64,000 nucleotides of DNA from Sphingobacteriales bacterium (GCA_027486795.1 JAIXOI010000012.1:2425-66424); one strand, 5' to 3'; shown: positions 16,452 through 27,391, counted from the stretch's first letter. Notes: generated by a model not told the origin, from the sequence alone. Program-made: numbers and translations.

Positions 16452-17933
16452 TTAAGGAGTTACCAAACTCTGCGCTTGAATTTCCTCAACCAAGGCTTTG
16501 CGCATATCGCCTTCGCCAAAATGGATGTAGTTACCATTGCCGTTATGAGCCATTTTTCGCATCAGCTTCTTACCTTCAGGTATATCGCCAAAACCCACTA
16601 CCGATAAAATAATGCCCCTATTGGTATGCTTCTTTATGTCGCCCAACAATACATCAGCATCAAACAACGGGTTGTTAAATTCACCGTCAGTTGATATGAT
16701 CATTTGGTTATTGCCGCTAGGTATAAAATTCTGCAAAGCCAAATCGTAGCCCATCATGATACCTTTGGTTCCGTTGGTATAACTGTATGGGGTTAGGCTA
16801 TCTATCATATCATATATATACTGCTTTTGGCTTGCCTTGGTTGTGGGTATATACACTTGGGCTTCGCGACTAAAACTGATGACGGTAACATAATCTACCT
16901 CGCGCAACATGGCTACCAGTTCTTTCATGCTCTCTTTCAGTTTAGCTAGCTTGTTTGGCCCCCGCATAGAGGACGAAACATCGAGCACAAATACAATGTT
17001 GTTGGGTTTATATTTGCTCAAACTGAAGTCGCCACTGCTGCCAAGGGTTGTGGTATTTACAGGTACTTGCAAAGGCTCGGGTTGTGGCTTCGGAGTTGGG
17101 TCGGGCAATTTATTGGGTTCTTCCTCCACTATCTCGTCCGGCTCAATTATCCAAGGCTCTTCTTCAACGGTCACCGGCTCCGCTATAGGGGTTGGGTTTG
17201 GCTTCGGTGTGGGTTTTGGAGCTATGGTTGGCTCGGGCACATAAGCCACAATGGGCTCTTGATTAATCACCTTCACCATTTCAAATACAATGCGCCCTTG
17301 GTGTGGGGCCAAGTTGCCACGTACATAGTAGGGCTCATAACCGATAGCAGTTACAGCCACTTCATAATAGCCTACAAACAACCTTGTAATTACTACCCCG
17401 TTTTTTGCAGTTCGGCCCTGTATGGTATTCAATTCAACCGACTCTAATTTCACTAACGCCTCATTTATAGGCTCCCGTGTTATTGAGTCAATTACCTGAA
17501 ACTCCTGACTATACATCTTATCCTCATCGCTTTTAGGGCCAACCGTTGGGCAAGCAGTAAGCGCACCACTGGCAAACGAGCGTATGTCTCCTTTTACAGT
17601 AAAATCGAGGGTGTTACCGGTATTGCTGGTGTATAGGCTCACCGTACGATTAAAGCTGCCTTTCTTTTCGGTAAAGTATTGTATGGTTATTTCGGCACTT
17701 GCACCTGGCTTTATGGCGCCTTGTGGCAATTGCACCAGCACATCTTTAGCAGGAAAGGTAGGCAAAAACACAAAATCGGCCTTGGTATTATTAGTTACTA
17801 CAAAAGTAGCTGTTGGGTTGTTCCATTGCTCAACGATGCCGAAGTCGTGTAGTTTTCGGTCAGGTTTTTGCCCGAACAACATGAATGGCATCATTGCCAA
17901 TACCCATACGCATGTAGCTTTCATAACACTCAT
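16452..17933 (-). CDS. VWA domain-containing secreted protein
   Basis: 493-aa ORF with a signal peptide, a Pro-rich linker (PKPTPKPNPTP...PDPTPKPQPEP) and a MIDAS motif (VLDVSSSM). Confidence 0.8.
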   Translation of the reverse strand: MSVMKATCVWVLAMMPFMLFGQKPDRKLHDFGIVEQWNNPTATFVVTNNTKADFVFLPTFPAKDVLVQLPQGAIKPGASAEITIQYFTEKKGSFNRTVSLYTSNTGNTLDFTVKGDIRSFASGALTACPTVGPKSDEDKMYSQEFQVIDSITREPINEALVKLESVELNTIQGRTAKNGVVITRLFVGYYEVAVTAIGYEPYYVRGNLAPHQGRIVFEMVKVINQEPIVAYVPEPTIAPKPTPKPNPTPIAEPVTVEEEPWIIEPDEIVEEEPNKLPDPTPKPQPEPLQVPVNTTTLGSSGDFSLSKYKPNNIVFVLDVSSSMRGPNKLAKLKESMKELVAMLREVDYVTVISFSREAQVYIPTTKASQKQYIYDMIDSLTPYSYTNGTKGIMMGYDLALQNFIPSGNNQMIISTDGEFNNPLFDADVLLGDIKKHTNRGIILSVVGFGDIPEGKKLMRKMAHNGNGNYIHFGEGDMRKALVEEIQAQSLVTP

Positions 17934-17949
17934 ATAGCCAAAGTTATGC

Positions 17950-17957
17950 CAAATTTA
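17950..17957 (-). promoter_or_regulatory. candidate Bacteroidota -7 box (TAAATTTG) for the VWA gene
   Basis: The reverse strand reads TAAATTTG, matching the TAnnTTTG consensus, 17 nt upstream of the ATG. Confidence 0.4.
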
Positions 17958-17969
17958 GTTTCGATATTC

Positions 17970-18011
17970 AATAGTCCACAGTCTATAGCCAATTGACAGT
18001 AAACTGTAAAC
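17970..18011. repeat. heptamer-phased tract AATAGTC CACAGTC TATAGCC AATTGAC AGTAAAC TGTAAAC
   Basis: Read directly. The first 19 nt differ at only 2 positions from 28977-28995. Confidence 0.55.
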
Positions 18012-18083
18012 AGAACACTATTGAAACGGAAAATAAGGGGATATTATTGAATCAGCTTAGTGGTAGTGGAGTGCAACTATTAA

Positions 18084-18737
18084 TTATGGCACTATGATAC
18101 TCTCCTTAATGGCACTGATTACTAAATCGACATTATTTTTGGCCTGAAACTTTTTCATTAAGTTTTTTCGGTGCGTAGCTACTGTATGAGCGCTCAAGAA
18201 AATCTTTTCGGCTATTTCGTTATTGGTAAGCCCTTCTGCTATGAGCTTTAAAATTTCAACTTCGCGCATACTCAGGCGGCCTTGCACACCACCAGCAACA
18301 TCTTTATTAAACTGCAGTACATTGCTACAGAAAAAGTTTTTATTGGATGTAATTGCCCTTATGGCCTCCATAATTTCTTCTCCGTCGCATTCGCGAAGAA
18401 TATAACCATGCACGCCCATTTGCAATATCTGTATGGTTTCTTGCTTATCCTCGATGGTGTCAATTACTAGTATTTTCTTCTTAGGGAAGGTATGCAATAA
18501 ACGGTCAATAACATCCATGGCGCTAGCACCTGGTGTATTCAGTCCAATAATGATTACATCTGGATCGAGCTCGCGCACCAAATCAAAAATAGACTCGAAC
18601 GAGCCTGTTTCGCCTACTAATTCAAACTGCTTGTTACTTTGAAAAATAAGCCTCAGCCCTTGCCTAATTAAGTAATTGCCATCGGCAATAATGAGCTTTA
18701 TAGGTTTCGAAACAAGCATGGGCGGATATTTACACAC
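18084..18737 (-). CDS. LuxR/NarL-family response-regulator-like transcription factor with an aspartate-less receiver domain
   Basis: The C-terminal HTH is LSMREVEILKLIAEGLTNNEIAEKIFLSAHTVATHRKNL. In the REC-like N-terminus the phospho-acceptor position reads G (DVIIIGLNTPG) and the conserved Lys reads R. The true start may be the Met at 18719. Confidence 0.8.
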   Translation of the reverse strand: MCKYPPMLVSKPIKLIIADGNYLIRQGLRLIFQSNKQFELVGETGSFESIFDLVRELDPDVIIIGLNTPGASAMDVIDRLLHTFPKKKILVIDTIEDKQETIQILQMGVHGYILRECDGEEIMEAIRAITSNKNFFCSNVLQFNKDVAGGVQGRLSMREVEILKLIAEGLTNNEIAEKIFLSAHTVATHRKNLMKKFQAKNNVDLVISAIKESIIVP

Positions 18738-18845
18738 AAATATAAGGCTTTAGCAGCTTTATTTGTTAAATTCCATGGCAAGCAATACCATTTGCTACAT
18801 CGGTATAATTTTCGGAATAATTTCGCAACCTAAACCCAGGGTTAT

Positions 18846-19130
18846 TTATACCAAAACAAACTTTTTGGCCCTATAGCTATACCCATCAATAAAACCCGAT
18901 TGAATAGCATATTTTACCAAACCAATAGGGTTTCGCACTTTGGTTTTAGTAGATATATTTTTCCTGTGGGTTTCTACCGTGCGTATACTTATCGATAATT
19001 CTTCGGCTATTTCAGATGAGGTTTTCTCGGCGACAATTAGCTTCAATACTTCTATTTCGCGACGGGTCAATAGATGTTTTAATGACATTTCGGCTGGGTT
19101 TTGAAACATATTTTGTGCTTTTTCCAACAT
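18846..19130 (-). CDS. stand-alone LuxR-type HTH protein
   Basis: 94-aa ORF containing LTRREIEVLKLIVAEKTSSEIAEELSISIRTVETHRKNI. Confidence 0.75.
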   Translation of the reverse strand: MLEKAQNMFQNPAEMSLKHLLTRREIEVLKLIVAEKTSSEIAEELSISIRTVETHRKNISTKTKVRNPIGLVKYAIQSGFIDGYSYRAKKFVLV

Positions 19131-19466
19131 CTACTGGGTACAACTATGCTCCATATTTGAGAGAGCATGTTTAGTTACCTCAATTTCAATAATTAAATAA
19201 ATGTAGGTAGCTCAGCTCGTTTCTTTTATACAAGCTAATGGGTATATTACATACCCAATACTAGGTAGTACAGACTATCTGTTTGGAGATATACTAATGG
19301 CTGTAATATTCAAATAGCCAGCGCAATCATTTGAAATGCTCTTACCCCACTCCGAGACTACTTGACAGTTCGTATCTGGCATTAGTTCTTACCGTGCTTG
19401 GCGAGCGACTTACACCTTTACAAGCACTTGCCTAAATAGGTATTTAATACCATGTACTCTTAGTTA

Positions 19467-21710
19467 TTACTGGGCCAACAGGCGGTGTACTGTGCTATAT
19501 TTACCCTGTTGGATGCGGCAAAAGTAAACACCGCTCATCACATCAAGGTTTAACTGCAACACCTTGCTAGTGCCTGATGGAATTGAAGTAGTCCGGTATA
19601 TTTCTTTACCTAACACATCATAAACCAATATTTCAACGGGCACGCCTTCAATAGCGCTTTCCATCTCAATTTGCCAATTACCGGCGGCAGGGTTAGGATA
19701 AATTTTTACTGGAAAGTTTTGTTGTTGCTCAACCTCTGCTACACCAACACTACCCGTGTCGTAAAAAAAGTTGAGACCACCACGCGAACTGCCTACTACC
19801 ATTTCAAGCAATCCATCTCCGTCAATGTCGGCCATGCTAAAGTGAGCATACTCGCCAATATCAATTCCGCTATATACCGAATCGACCTTGGTAAACGCGC
19901 CGCTATATCGTTTGGTGGCATCTAGCTCATAAACAGCAATATTGCCTAATACGTTGCCAACCAACAAATATCGCCCACTGCCATAGGTAAGGTTTACCAC
20001 CCTTGGCGTGCTTTCGCCATAAAATAAATTCGGTTTTACATTTACCTCACCAAAATTACTGTTGGTAGGTACTATGCTAAAATTAGGGTTACTGGTAGTT
20101 CCTGTGTTTTCAAAATAATGAAGGTTGCCTTTGTCTCTGCCAATAATCAAGTCGGCCAAACCATCGCCATTTACGTCAAATATTTCGGGTTTGGCATAAC
20201 TACCCACATCAATGTTTTTAAATTGGGGCTGGTCGAGCACCAATTTCATAGAGTCGCTCGCAGCAGCGGTATTTCTAAAATAGTGCACAAACCCTACGTG
20301 ATCGCCAATAATCAAATCAAGGGCACCATCTCCGTTCAAATCGCCAAACGCAGGCACCACAGTTTGCAACTTAGCCACGCCCGATAAAAAAGTAGAAAGG
20401 CCCAAATAATCTCTATCTATAAGCTTAAATGCAGGTGCAGTTGCGATGCCTACATTAATAAACAATGCTAGCCCCGGAAAAGCAGAAGTAGTATTTTCGT
20501 AGTAGCCATTGTTACCAACTACTAAATCCACTAAATCGTCGCCATTTACATCCACAAACGCTGGGTAAGCGCCTTCTCCCAAATCAATCATATTGTCTAC
20601 CAAGAAAGTATCGGTCTGGAACTCGAAACTTACATTATTGTTGCTGCTCACGTCTTTATAAAACCAAGAGCAATTGTAATTGTATCCCTTCTTGGGTGTG
20701 TTGGGGCCAACCAACATATCCCGTTTGCCATCATTGTCTACATCAACGTAAAAAGCCGCCGGGAAAATAGGCAACTGCAACGACCTGTCGTAAGAAGGAA
20801 ATAGGGTGTCTTGAGTAGTTATAACAGCCGAATCAATTAAGCCATTGTTGTGCAGGTTTACTAAGTTATCAAAACTAATATCACCCAACAACAACTCCTT
20901 CAATCCATCCGCATTTTCATCAAATGCCATTAATGCAGAACCTGCATGCCTAGCACCACCAGCAGTCAGGCTATCATCCTTTGGTGTTCCGCAGGGGTCA
21001 AAAAGGGTTACTTGCCTACTCAATCCGCCTTCCGTTACATCGCCCCAGCAATAGCTTCGTAAATCGAAAACAGTAGTATCGCCGCAAGATAAACCCAATT
21101 CAATGGATAGGTTCTCGAAATACTCAATACGCAAACCAGCTGGGCTAAAGGTAAGTACGTCAACATCGCCATCATCGTTTACATCAATCATCGTGGGAAC
21201 ATCTACCGCCGAAATGAAAATGTTGGTATTGTTGCCCGATTGTGTGTTGTAGGTAAAGTAGTTTTGCTGGGTATACTTCAACCGCCCGCTGCTCAACCTT
21301 TCGCCCACATAAAGCATCATTACTGCTGGGTTTTCCCAGGTAACTAAGTCTTCAACGCCATCACAGTTAAAATCAATGGCCAGCATAAAGTGGTGCAAAT
21401 CGGGTAAGTCTTTTACATATTCAGGAGCATAGGTATAGTCTACGGTATTGGCTGTTCCGCCACTTATAAATGTTAAAATCTTTTGCCCCCCATCATAATA
21501 TCCTCTGTTAAACACCACCAAATCATCAATGCCATCGCCGTTCAGATCAATGTTACCAAACTGAGGGTTGTTGAGCCCGCCAGCCCAAGGATATTTTAAG
21601 GTTTTAGCCCCAAAATAAACAGGTACCGAATTATCTTGCGCAAAATAATTTTGAGAAAACACCGCAATAACCGAAGTAAAAAGAAAGCAAATAGCAAATA
21701 AAATTTTCAT
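19467..21710 (-). CDS. FG-GAP/VCBS repeat protein with a T9SS type-A C-terminal sorting domain
   Basis: 747-aa ORF with a signal peptide and repeated ...DxNGDGxxDLvvG... modules. The C-terminal ~80 aa are ...KIYPNPAAGNWQIE...VYDVLGKEIY...GVYFCRI.... Confidence 0.8.
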   Translation of the reverse strand: MKILFAICFLFTSVIAVFSQNYFAQDNSVPVYFGAKTLKYPWAGGLNNPQFGNIDLNGDGIDDLVVFNRGYYDGGQKILTFISGGTANTVDYTYAPEYVKDLPDLHHFMLAIDFNCDGVEDLVTWENPAVMMLYVGERLSSGRLKYTQQNYFTYNTQSGNNTNIFISAVDVPTMIDVNDDGDVDVLTFSPAGLRIEYFENLSIELGLSCGDTTVFDLRSYCWGDVTEGGLSRQVTLFDPCGTPKDDSLTAGGARHAGSALMAFDENADGLKELLLGDISFDNLVNLHNNGLIDSAVITTQDTLFPSYDRSLQLPIFPAAFYVDVDNDGKRDMLVGPNTPKKGYNYNCSWFYKDVSSNNNVSFEFQTDTFLVDNMIDLGEGAYPAFVDVNGDDLVDLVVGNNGYYENTTSAFPGLALFINVGIATAPAFKLIDRDYLGLSTFLSGVAKLQTVVPAFGDLNGDGALDLIIGDHVGFVHYFRNTAAASDSMKLVLDQPQFKNIDVGSYAKPEIFDVNGDGLADLIIGRDKGNLHYFENTGTTSNPNFSIVPTNSNFGEVNVKPNLFYGESTPRVVNLTYGSGRYLLVGNVLGNIAVYELDATKRYSGAFTKVDSVYSGIDIGEYAHFSMADIDGDGLLEMVVGSSRGGLNFFYDTGSVGVAEVEQQQNFPVKIYPNPAAGNWQIEMESAIEGVPVEILVYDVLGKEIYRTTSIPSGTSKVLQLNLDVMSGVYFCRIQQGKYSTVHRLLAQ

Positions 21711-21730
21711 ATCGTTATTTTTGGCTGATG

Positions 21731-24013
21731 CTAGTATTTGATAAGTTTTATTGATTTACTCACCGCACCTTGTGATACATTTACAATATAGATACCAGAG
21801 GCAAACTGACCAAAAGAAACACTGCCCGACCAATTTTCTTGGCTTGGTTGTATTGTATTGGTGAGTATTGTTTTGCCTAGTATGGTTGTTATGCTAACGG
21901 TTGCAGGCTGGCTTTTGTTTAGTCCCGAAATACTTAACGTAATATCTCCGGTAGTTGGGTTGGGGAAAACAATAAGACCGACATTAACTTGGTTAGGAGC
22001 TTTTACCGATAATATGTTTTCGATAGTATCTGAAAGGGTGTAAAACTCCAGCCCTCCCCTATAGTTGCCCACAATCATTTCAGGCTTGCCATCGTTGGTT
22101 ACATCGGCAACTGTTATGGCTGAGCGTTCGCCAGCATCGATGCCCGAATAAGAATCGAACACTTGCAGAAAAGTGCCCGAATAAATACTGTCTGGGTTAA
22201 ACTCGTACCCATATATTCTTCCTTCCTCGTTGCCGCTTATAAGATACAGCTTTCCCGTACTATCTAAGGTTGTAATTACGGGTCCGGAATAGCCAAAAAG
22301 ACTAAAATTAGTACTTACATCTACGCCTCCAAAAAATGGATTGGTTGGTATGGCATCAAAAGAAGGGGCTGTGGTAGTGCCATGGTTTTCGAAATACATA
22401 ACCTTGCCCGATCGATTGCCCATCAAAAAATCGGTCAATCCATCGGCGTTTACATCGTATAAAAATGGCGCGCTGTATGATCTGCCAGCATACATATCAA
22501 AGTAGTTGAGCACTGGTGCTGCAAAATTCATGATGGTATCGGCTCTGCCTGCCAAGTTTTCGAAAAAAGTAACGTAGCCGCTGGTATCGCCCACAAATAG
22601 GTCCAAATCGCCATCACTATCAACATCGCCAAACGCTGGGCGCAGCGCCATTACTACTTTTGCATCTACAAAATACCAATCAGCATAATTCAACCAATTG
22701 TCATCTATCAATTCATAAATGGGTACTTCGGCCGTACCAATATTTAAAAACAAGGCCAATTGGGCAGTAGCAATCAAACTATCGCGGTAATAGCCTTGGT
22801 TGCCTACCACAAGGTCCATAAGCGAATCGCCATTGTAATCAACAAAAACCGGAAACGCACCAATGCCTAGCTCAACCATGCCATCTTCTATAAAATCGGT
22901 TTGCTTAAGTTGAAGTATTACTGAATCGTTGGTACTAATGTTCTCATATAGCCAAACTGCATTTTTGCTTATGCAGTTCATAGGCTCACTGGGCGCCATT
23001 ACAATATCGGTTTTGTTATTGTTGTTTGCATCAACGGCAAAGGGCAATGGGTAATAGTTTAGCGCAGCAGGCACATCATAAGATGGGTAGTTTTCATCCA
23101 CATAATCAATTACCGCGTAGGAGGTATCACCTTCGTTATACAGCGCAAACACCCTGCCTTTGTCAATTTCGGTATAAAGGGCATCATCGTCGCCATCGCC
23201 ATCCAAATCTATAATCAAAACGGAGCCACCGTTGTGCCTTGCCGAACCTGCATTACCTGAGGTTTCCAGCGGGTCAGTTTTGAAGGGACAAACAGCATGC
23301 GTGTCGACACCAGTTACGGTTAATGAAATGTCTCCCCAGCAATTTTGGGCTATTTCATAACCAACCGTATCTTGGCACGAGCCAGTTGTTTGCACTGCCG
23401 TACTGTTATAAAGCACAAATGTTCCGAAGTCGCCAAAGTTCACAAAATCTGGGTCGCCATCCCTATCCAAATCGCCAACACCTGGGTAATGAATTCTTGA
23501 AATGCCAACTGGCGCGAAAATAAGCGAGGTATTCACGGTATCACGGTACTCAAAGTACAGCAAATTGTCGTTATCGCGTTTAGACTCATACCAGTTAAAA
23601 AATGGCCCTTGCGCTTGGTTGGCCGATAGCAAATCGGGCAAACCATCGCAGTTCATGTCATACATTTTCAACCAAAACAACAAGGAAGGGAAGCGTGTCT
23701 CCCACTCGGGTTTGTGGGTATAACCAGATTGTCCAGACACACCATTGTTTTTAAACACCAATAGCTTAAACCCGTTGGATGTTGAGTTTGAGGCCAAAAT
23801 ACCGCGGTTGTACACAACCAAATCATTGTATCCATCGCCATCAATATCGGCCTCACTAAACTGGGGAGTATGAAAACCACCTGCCCAAGCATTGGCAAGC
23901 GTGTCGCCGTCAATTACGACTTTTATTTTGCTCTCCCTGCGCATGGCATTTTGAGCATGGCTGGCAGAGAAAAAGATGCTTATGGCAATGAATAGCAGGT
24001 AAACTTGTTTCAT
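21731..24013 (-). CDS. FG-GAP/VCBS repeat protein with a T9SS type-A C-terminal sorting domain (paralog of 19467-21710)
   Basis: 760-aa ORF with the same architecture and colinear motifs (AWAGG...PQFSE.DIDGDGYNDLVVYNRG...). The C-terminus is VFPNPTTGDITL...GIYIVNV.... Confidence 0.8.
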   Translation of the reverse strand: MKQVYLLFIAISIFFSASHAQNAMRRESKIKVVIDGDTLANAWAGGFHTPQFSEADIDGDGYNDLVVYNRGILASNSTSNGFKLLVFKNNGVSGQSGYTHKPEWETRFPSLLFWLKMYDMNCDGLPDLLSANQAQGPFFNWYESKRDNDNLLYFEYRDTVNTSLIFAPVGISRIHYPGVGDLDRDGDPDFVNFGDFGTFVLYNSTAVQTTGSCQDTVGYEIAQNCWGDISLTVTGVDTHAVCPFKTDPLETSGNAGSARHNGGSVLIIDLDGDGDDDALYTEIDKGRVFALYNEGDTSYAVIDYVDENYPSYDVPAALNYYPLPFAVDANNNNKTDIVMAPSEPMNCISKNAVWLYENISTNDSVILQLKQTDFIEDGMVELGIGAFPVFVDYNGDSLMDLVVGNQGYYRDSLIATAQLALFLNIGTAEVPIYELIDDNWLNYADWYFVDAKVVMALRPAFGDVDSDGDLDLFVGDTSGYVTFFENLAGRADTIMNFAAPVLNYFDMYAGRSYSAPFLYDVNADGLTDFLMGNRSGKVMYFENHGTTTAPSFDAIPTNPFFGGVDVSTNFSLFGYSGPVITTLDSTGKLYLISGNEEGRIYGYEFNPDSIYSGTFLQVFDSYSGIDAGERSAITVADVTNDGKPEMIVGNYRGGLEFYTLSDTIENILSVKAPNQVNVGLIVFPNPTTGDITLSISGLNKSQPATVSITTILGKTILTNTIQPSQENWSGSVSFGQFASGIYIVNVSQGAVSKSIKLIKY

Positions 24014-24234
24014 ATCCCCTTATTAAGGCAGTTTTTCAATTAATTGAGGTATTATCTCAACATAAAACTAAGCAATAAATTGCTGCTTGGCCACCTAAAT
24101 ATTTACTGCCAACACGAAAACCTTAAACATTGTTTTCCATGTTGTTAGAATGGCTCTTTACTGAAAAGGTTGCACCGATACTTTTAACGATGAGGCCTGT
24201 TACCTCATTGTTTTAATGAACAAAAGCCAAAACT

Positions 24235-25476
24235 ATGAGGTACATATACATACTTGCATTTTTTGCTTCCATATTATCATTATCGGCACAAGAAAACACC
24301 CTAATTGAAGGAACAGTATACTCAATTGAAAACCAACCGGTTTCATTTGCTTATATAAAATATATGGAAACAACCTTTACAGTGGCCGATGCTGAAGGCA
24401 ACTTCAACTTAAAGGTAAATGGCAACTATACCGATTCATTGGAAATTTCGTCCCTTGGGTTTGTAACACTAAAAGTGCCCATAAAGCATTTCGCCACTAA
24501 CCGACGCACGAAAGTAATTATGCAGCCCGAAACCTTTATAATTGACGGAGTAACTGTAAACAACAGTAAAGCTAAAAATCATTGGCTGCTAGCGCTTGAA
24601 AAGTTGCAAAAACACTTGCCCTCAAAGGCTTATACCTATCCAGCCTTGTACCGGCAGGTGCACCAAGAAAACGGCACTTATGTAAGACTAATTGAGGCTG
24701 GTATGACTGTTTATGACGTTGCAGCCACTTTTAAGTCGGATATGTTGCAAGAGCGTTTTAACCTTGAACAAGTAAGGCGTAGCAATGTATTGGAGCGGAA
24801 TGGCGATGCCCATGGCGACCACTTGGTGGATATGTTTCTGGAAAACAACCTACGCTACCCAACAGGCACCATAATGGACCCAAAAGTGGTAGGCCAGTAT
24901 GAGATAAGATACGACGATAGCCAATGCGAAATATGTGGAGATAGTTTAGAACAACTGGCTTACCGATACGAAAATGTGCACAACCCCAAACTGTTGGATG
25001 GCAAAATCTGGATTTACAAAGGCAGCCTAGCAATATACAGATTGCAAGAAACAGCCACACGCAACCCCCAGTTTATGGAAAGGGGCATGAGCCTTGGTGG
25101 CGGCGACCACCACTGGATGTTTCAAACCAGCATCAAAAACCTTAGGTTTTCGTACCACAATGGTAACATTTATCTAAAAAACCTTGAGTTTGCATACCTG
25201 CACCATATACAAGAGCGCACCATTGGTATAGTTAGGTACGAGGTTACGGAGCATTTCGCTATGTTTTGCGACGCTCCTACCCTGCACCCTGATGGTTTTA
25301 TACCTGATAAAAGCTTTGCCCGCAGTGGTAACCTTTACAGCCGAAAATATGAGTACGAAGAGCGTTTTTGGCAACAGTTTTCGTTGGCGGTAAACAACCC
25401 ATTGCCGTACGATGTAGTAAAAAATTTTAGTAGTAAAGTACCCTTAATGGAGCAATTCAAGAGAAACGGTGAGTAA
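24235..25476 (+). CDS. carboxypeptidase-regulatory-like domain protein, function unknown
   Basis: 413-aa ORF with a signal peptide, then IEGTVYSIENQPVSFAYIKY...DAEGNFNLKV, which is typical of the CarboxypepD_reg fold. Confidence 0.6.
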   Translation: MRYIYILAFFASILSLSAQENTLIEGTVYSIENQPVSFAYIKYMETTFTVADAEGNFNLKVNGNYTDSLEISSLGFVTLKVPIKHFATNRRTKVIMQPETFIIDGVTVNNSKAKNHWLLALEKLQKHLPSKAYTYPALYRQVHQENGTYVRLIEAGMTVYDVAATFKSDMLQERFNLEQVRRSNVLERNGDAHGDHLVDMFLENNLRYPTGTIMDPKVVGQYEIRYDDSQCEICGDSLEQLAYRYENVHNPKLLDGKIWIYKGSLAIYRLQETATRNPQFMERGMSLGGGDHHWMFQTSIKNLRFSYHNGNIYLKNLEFAYLHHIQERTIGIVRYEVTEHFAMFCDAPTLHPDGFIPDKSFARSGNLYSRKYEYEERFWQQFSLAVNNPLPYDVVKNFSSKVPLMEQFKRNGE

Positions 25477-25492
25477 ATGGTTTAGGCTTACT

Positions 25493-27391
25493 CTACTCTA
25501 CCACAAACCGACCCATGCTTGGCTTAGCACCTTCACCTTGGAGTTGATACATATACACCCCTGTTAGCCATTGATTAACATCAATTGGTGTTTGGGCTTG
25601 GGTGATAATGGTGCTGCTAACTTGCTGACCGAGCGCATTGTATACGGTTAACGTTGGCCTACTTAATGCTACTTTGGCATCCATTTGGAACGTAACTGAA
25701 CCGGAAGCTGGGACAGGGTAAACCTTCACACTAGCTGCCCCATCTGCCTGCTCATTAATAGAGTTCCAATTGTCGTTTTTCAGGGCAATGCCCCCAAGGT
25801 TGCCAACGGTGTATGAGCCTGTTGGCCCACCGCTGAACATTACGGTATCGAAAACGCCACCGGCAAGCAACTCCCCATTGTAAACCGAAATAGTATTCAC
25901 TGCATCGTTAAAACTCGTAACGCCCATCATGCTGCTGTATGTGCCATTGTTGAAATAGCTACCAATACCATAGCCATAGTAAGCTATCATGCCGTCGCAA
26001 CAAGCAAAATCGCCAGCCACAAACAGGTTATCATTGTGCACCACAAAATCATTGATGGCAATGTCGTAGTTCCAAGGTCCAAAACCTCGCACCATATAGC
26101 TCTCATTTACCCATGCAGTATCGGCCCAGTAACCAAACCCGAACAAGGTATCCTGGGCGTTGTTAAAAAATGAGCCCCCTGTATACAATTGGTTATTATA
26201 TACCGCTAGTGCTTTTACATTGGCATTGATACCATTGCCGATGCTGGTAATACTGGTATCATCGAACGCAGCGATATTGTTTAGTGGCACCGAATTAAAA
26301 CTTGCACTAAAATTGCCGCCCACAATGAGCTTATTGTTGTCTATCGTTAAGGCATTAACGGGCCCCATCGGAAAATCGTGCAAATACAAACCCGCTCCTG
26401 TACTATCAATTACAGATAAATAACCGCGCAAGGCTCCTGTAGGCAGCTCAAAATCGCCCCCAAGATATAGCTTTCCATTATACACTTGAAAGGCATAAAT
26501 TTCGCCATAAAGGCCAATTGTGTTGGCTACCTCCCACTGCGTGCCCGTCCATTTTATGACCCCTTCCGAGTAAACACCGCTAAATGAACTATCAAATGCC
26601 CCACCTACGTACAACTCGTTATTGAAAATGGCCATGGCAAATACTTCGCCATCAACACCACCGTCAAGGTCGGTCCAAGTGCCGTTTTCAAGTACCGCAA
26701 TATTTCCTGCTGAGGAGCCACCTACGCTAGAAAAACTGCCAGCCACGTATATTTCAGTTCCGCCATTGGCTACCAGCACATCATTTACATGCCCATTGGT
26801 GCCGCCATCGTTGCCGTTAAGGTACGAAAACGGCGTACTTGCCAAATATCCCGGCTGAATCAACGCCAGCTCTTGTGCCGTAAAGCTGGAGTTTGTTACC
26901 CAAGCCGTTAGCTCAGGGTACTGCATATCTAATAGATATTGGTAGTTATTGGTGTGTTGTATTTTTTCGGCCAATGCCTTGTGTCCATCGGCAATAATGA
27001 GATAACCTACCGCACAAGCAGTGTTGTGTGCATCTATAAAATAGGGTATGCGGTAGTTGAAATCATAATTCTGAGGGAAAACACCCGCCTCGGCATAGCT
27101 GTGCAAAACGTCCAGTAAGTGAAGACGCTTGGCCAACAACTCCTTATTCAAACCTTCGGTGCTTTGGCTTCGCAAATATTGCTCGGCATTGAATAGGTGG
27201 GCTTGTATGCGGCGAGTATCATTCTCGAACGATACAGGAAGCAGTTGTTGTGCGGTAGGCTCAATATGCTGCCACTGGGCATTTACATCTTTAAGGTGTT
27301 CGTAAAGGCTGGCCGATTTGCTAGGGCTTAATGCAAAAGCAAATACTGGAACAAAAAACAATAACAACGCTGGAAGTAATAGCTTTTTCAT
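25493..27391 (-). CDS. secreted repeat (beta-propeller-like) protein with a T9SS type-A C-terminal sorting domain
   Basis: 632-aa ORF with a signal peptide and repeated ...LYVGG.F....G... blades. The C-terminus is VKVYPVPASGSVTF...VYNALGQQV...GVYMYQL.... Confidence 0.7.
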   Translation of the reverse strand: MKKLLLPALLLFFVPVFAFALSPSKSASLYEHLKDVNAQWQHIEPTAQQLLPVSFENDTRRIQAHLFNAEQYLRSQSTEGLNKELLAKRLHLLDVLHSYAEAGVFPQNYDFNYRIPYFIDAHNTACAVGYLIIADGHKALAEKIQHTNNYQYLLDMQYPELTAWVTNSSFTAQELALIQPGYLASTPFSYLNGNDGGTNGHVNDVLVANGGTEIYVAGSFSSVGGSSAGNIAVLENGTWTDLDGGVDGEVFAMAIFNNELYVGGAFDSSFSGVYSEGVIKWTGTQWEVANTIGLYGEIYAFQVYNGKLYLGGDFELPTGALRGYLSVIDSTGAGLYLHDFPMGPVNALTIDNNKLIVGGNFSASFNSVPLNNIAAFDDTSITSIGNGINANVKALAVYNNQLYTGGSFFNNAQDTLFGFGYWADTAWVNESYMVRGFGPWNYDIAINDFVVHNDNLFVAGDFACCDGMIAYYGYGIGSYFNNGTYSSMMGVTSFNDAVNTISVYNGELLAGGVFDTVMFSGGPTGSYTVGNLGGIALKNDNWNSINEQADGAASVKVYPVPASGSVTFQMDAKVALSRPTLTVYNALGQQVSSTIITQAQTPIDVNQWLTGVYMYQLQGEGAKPSMGRFVVE

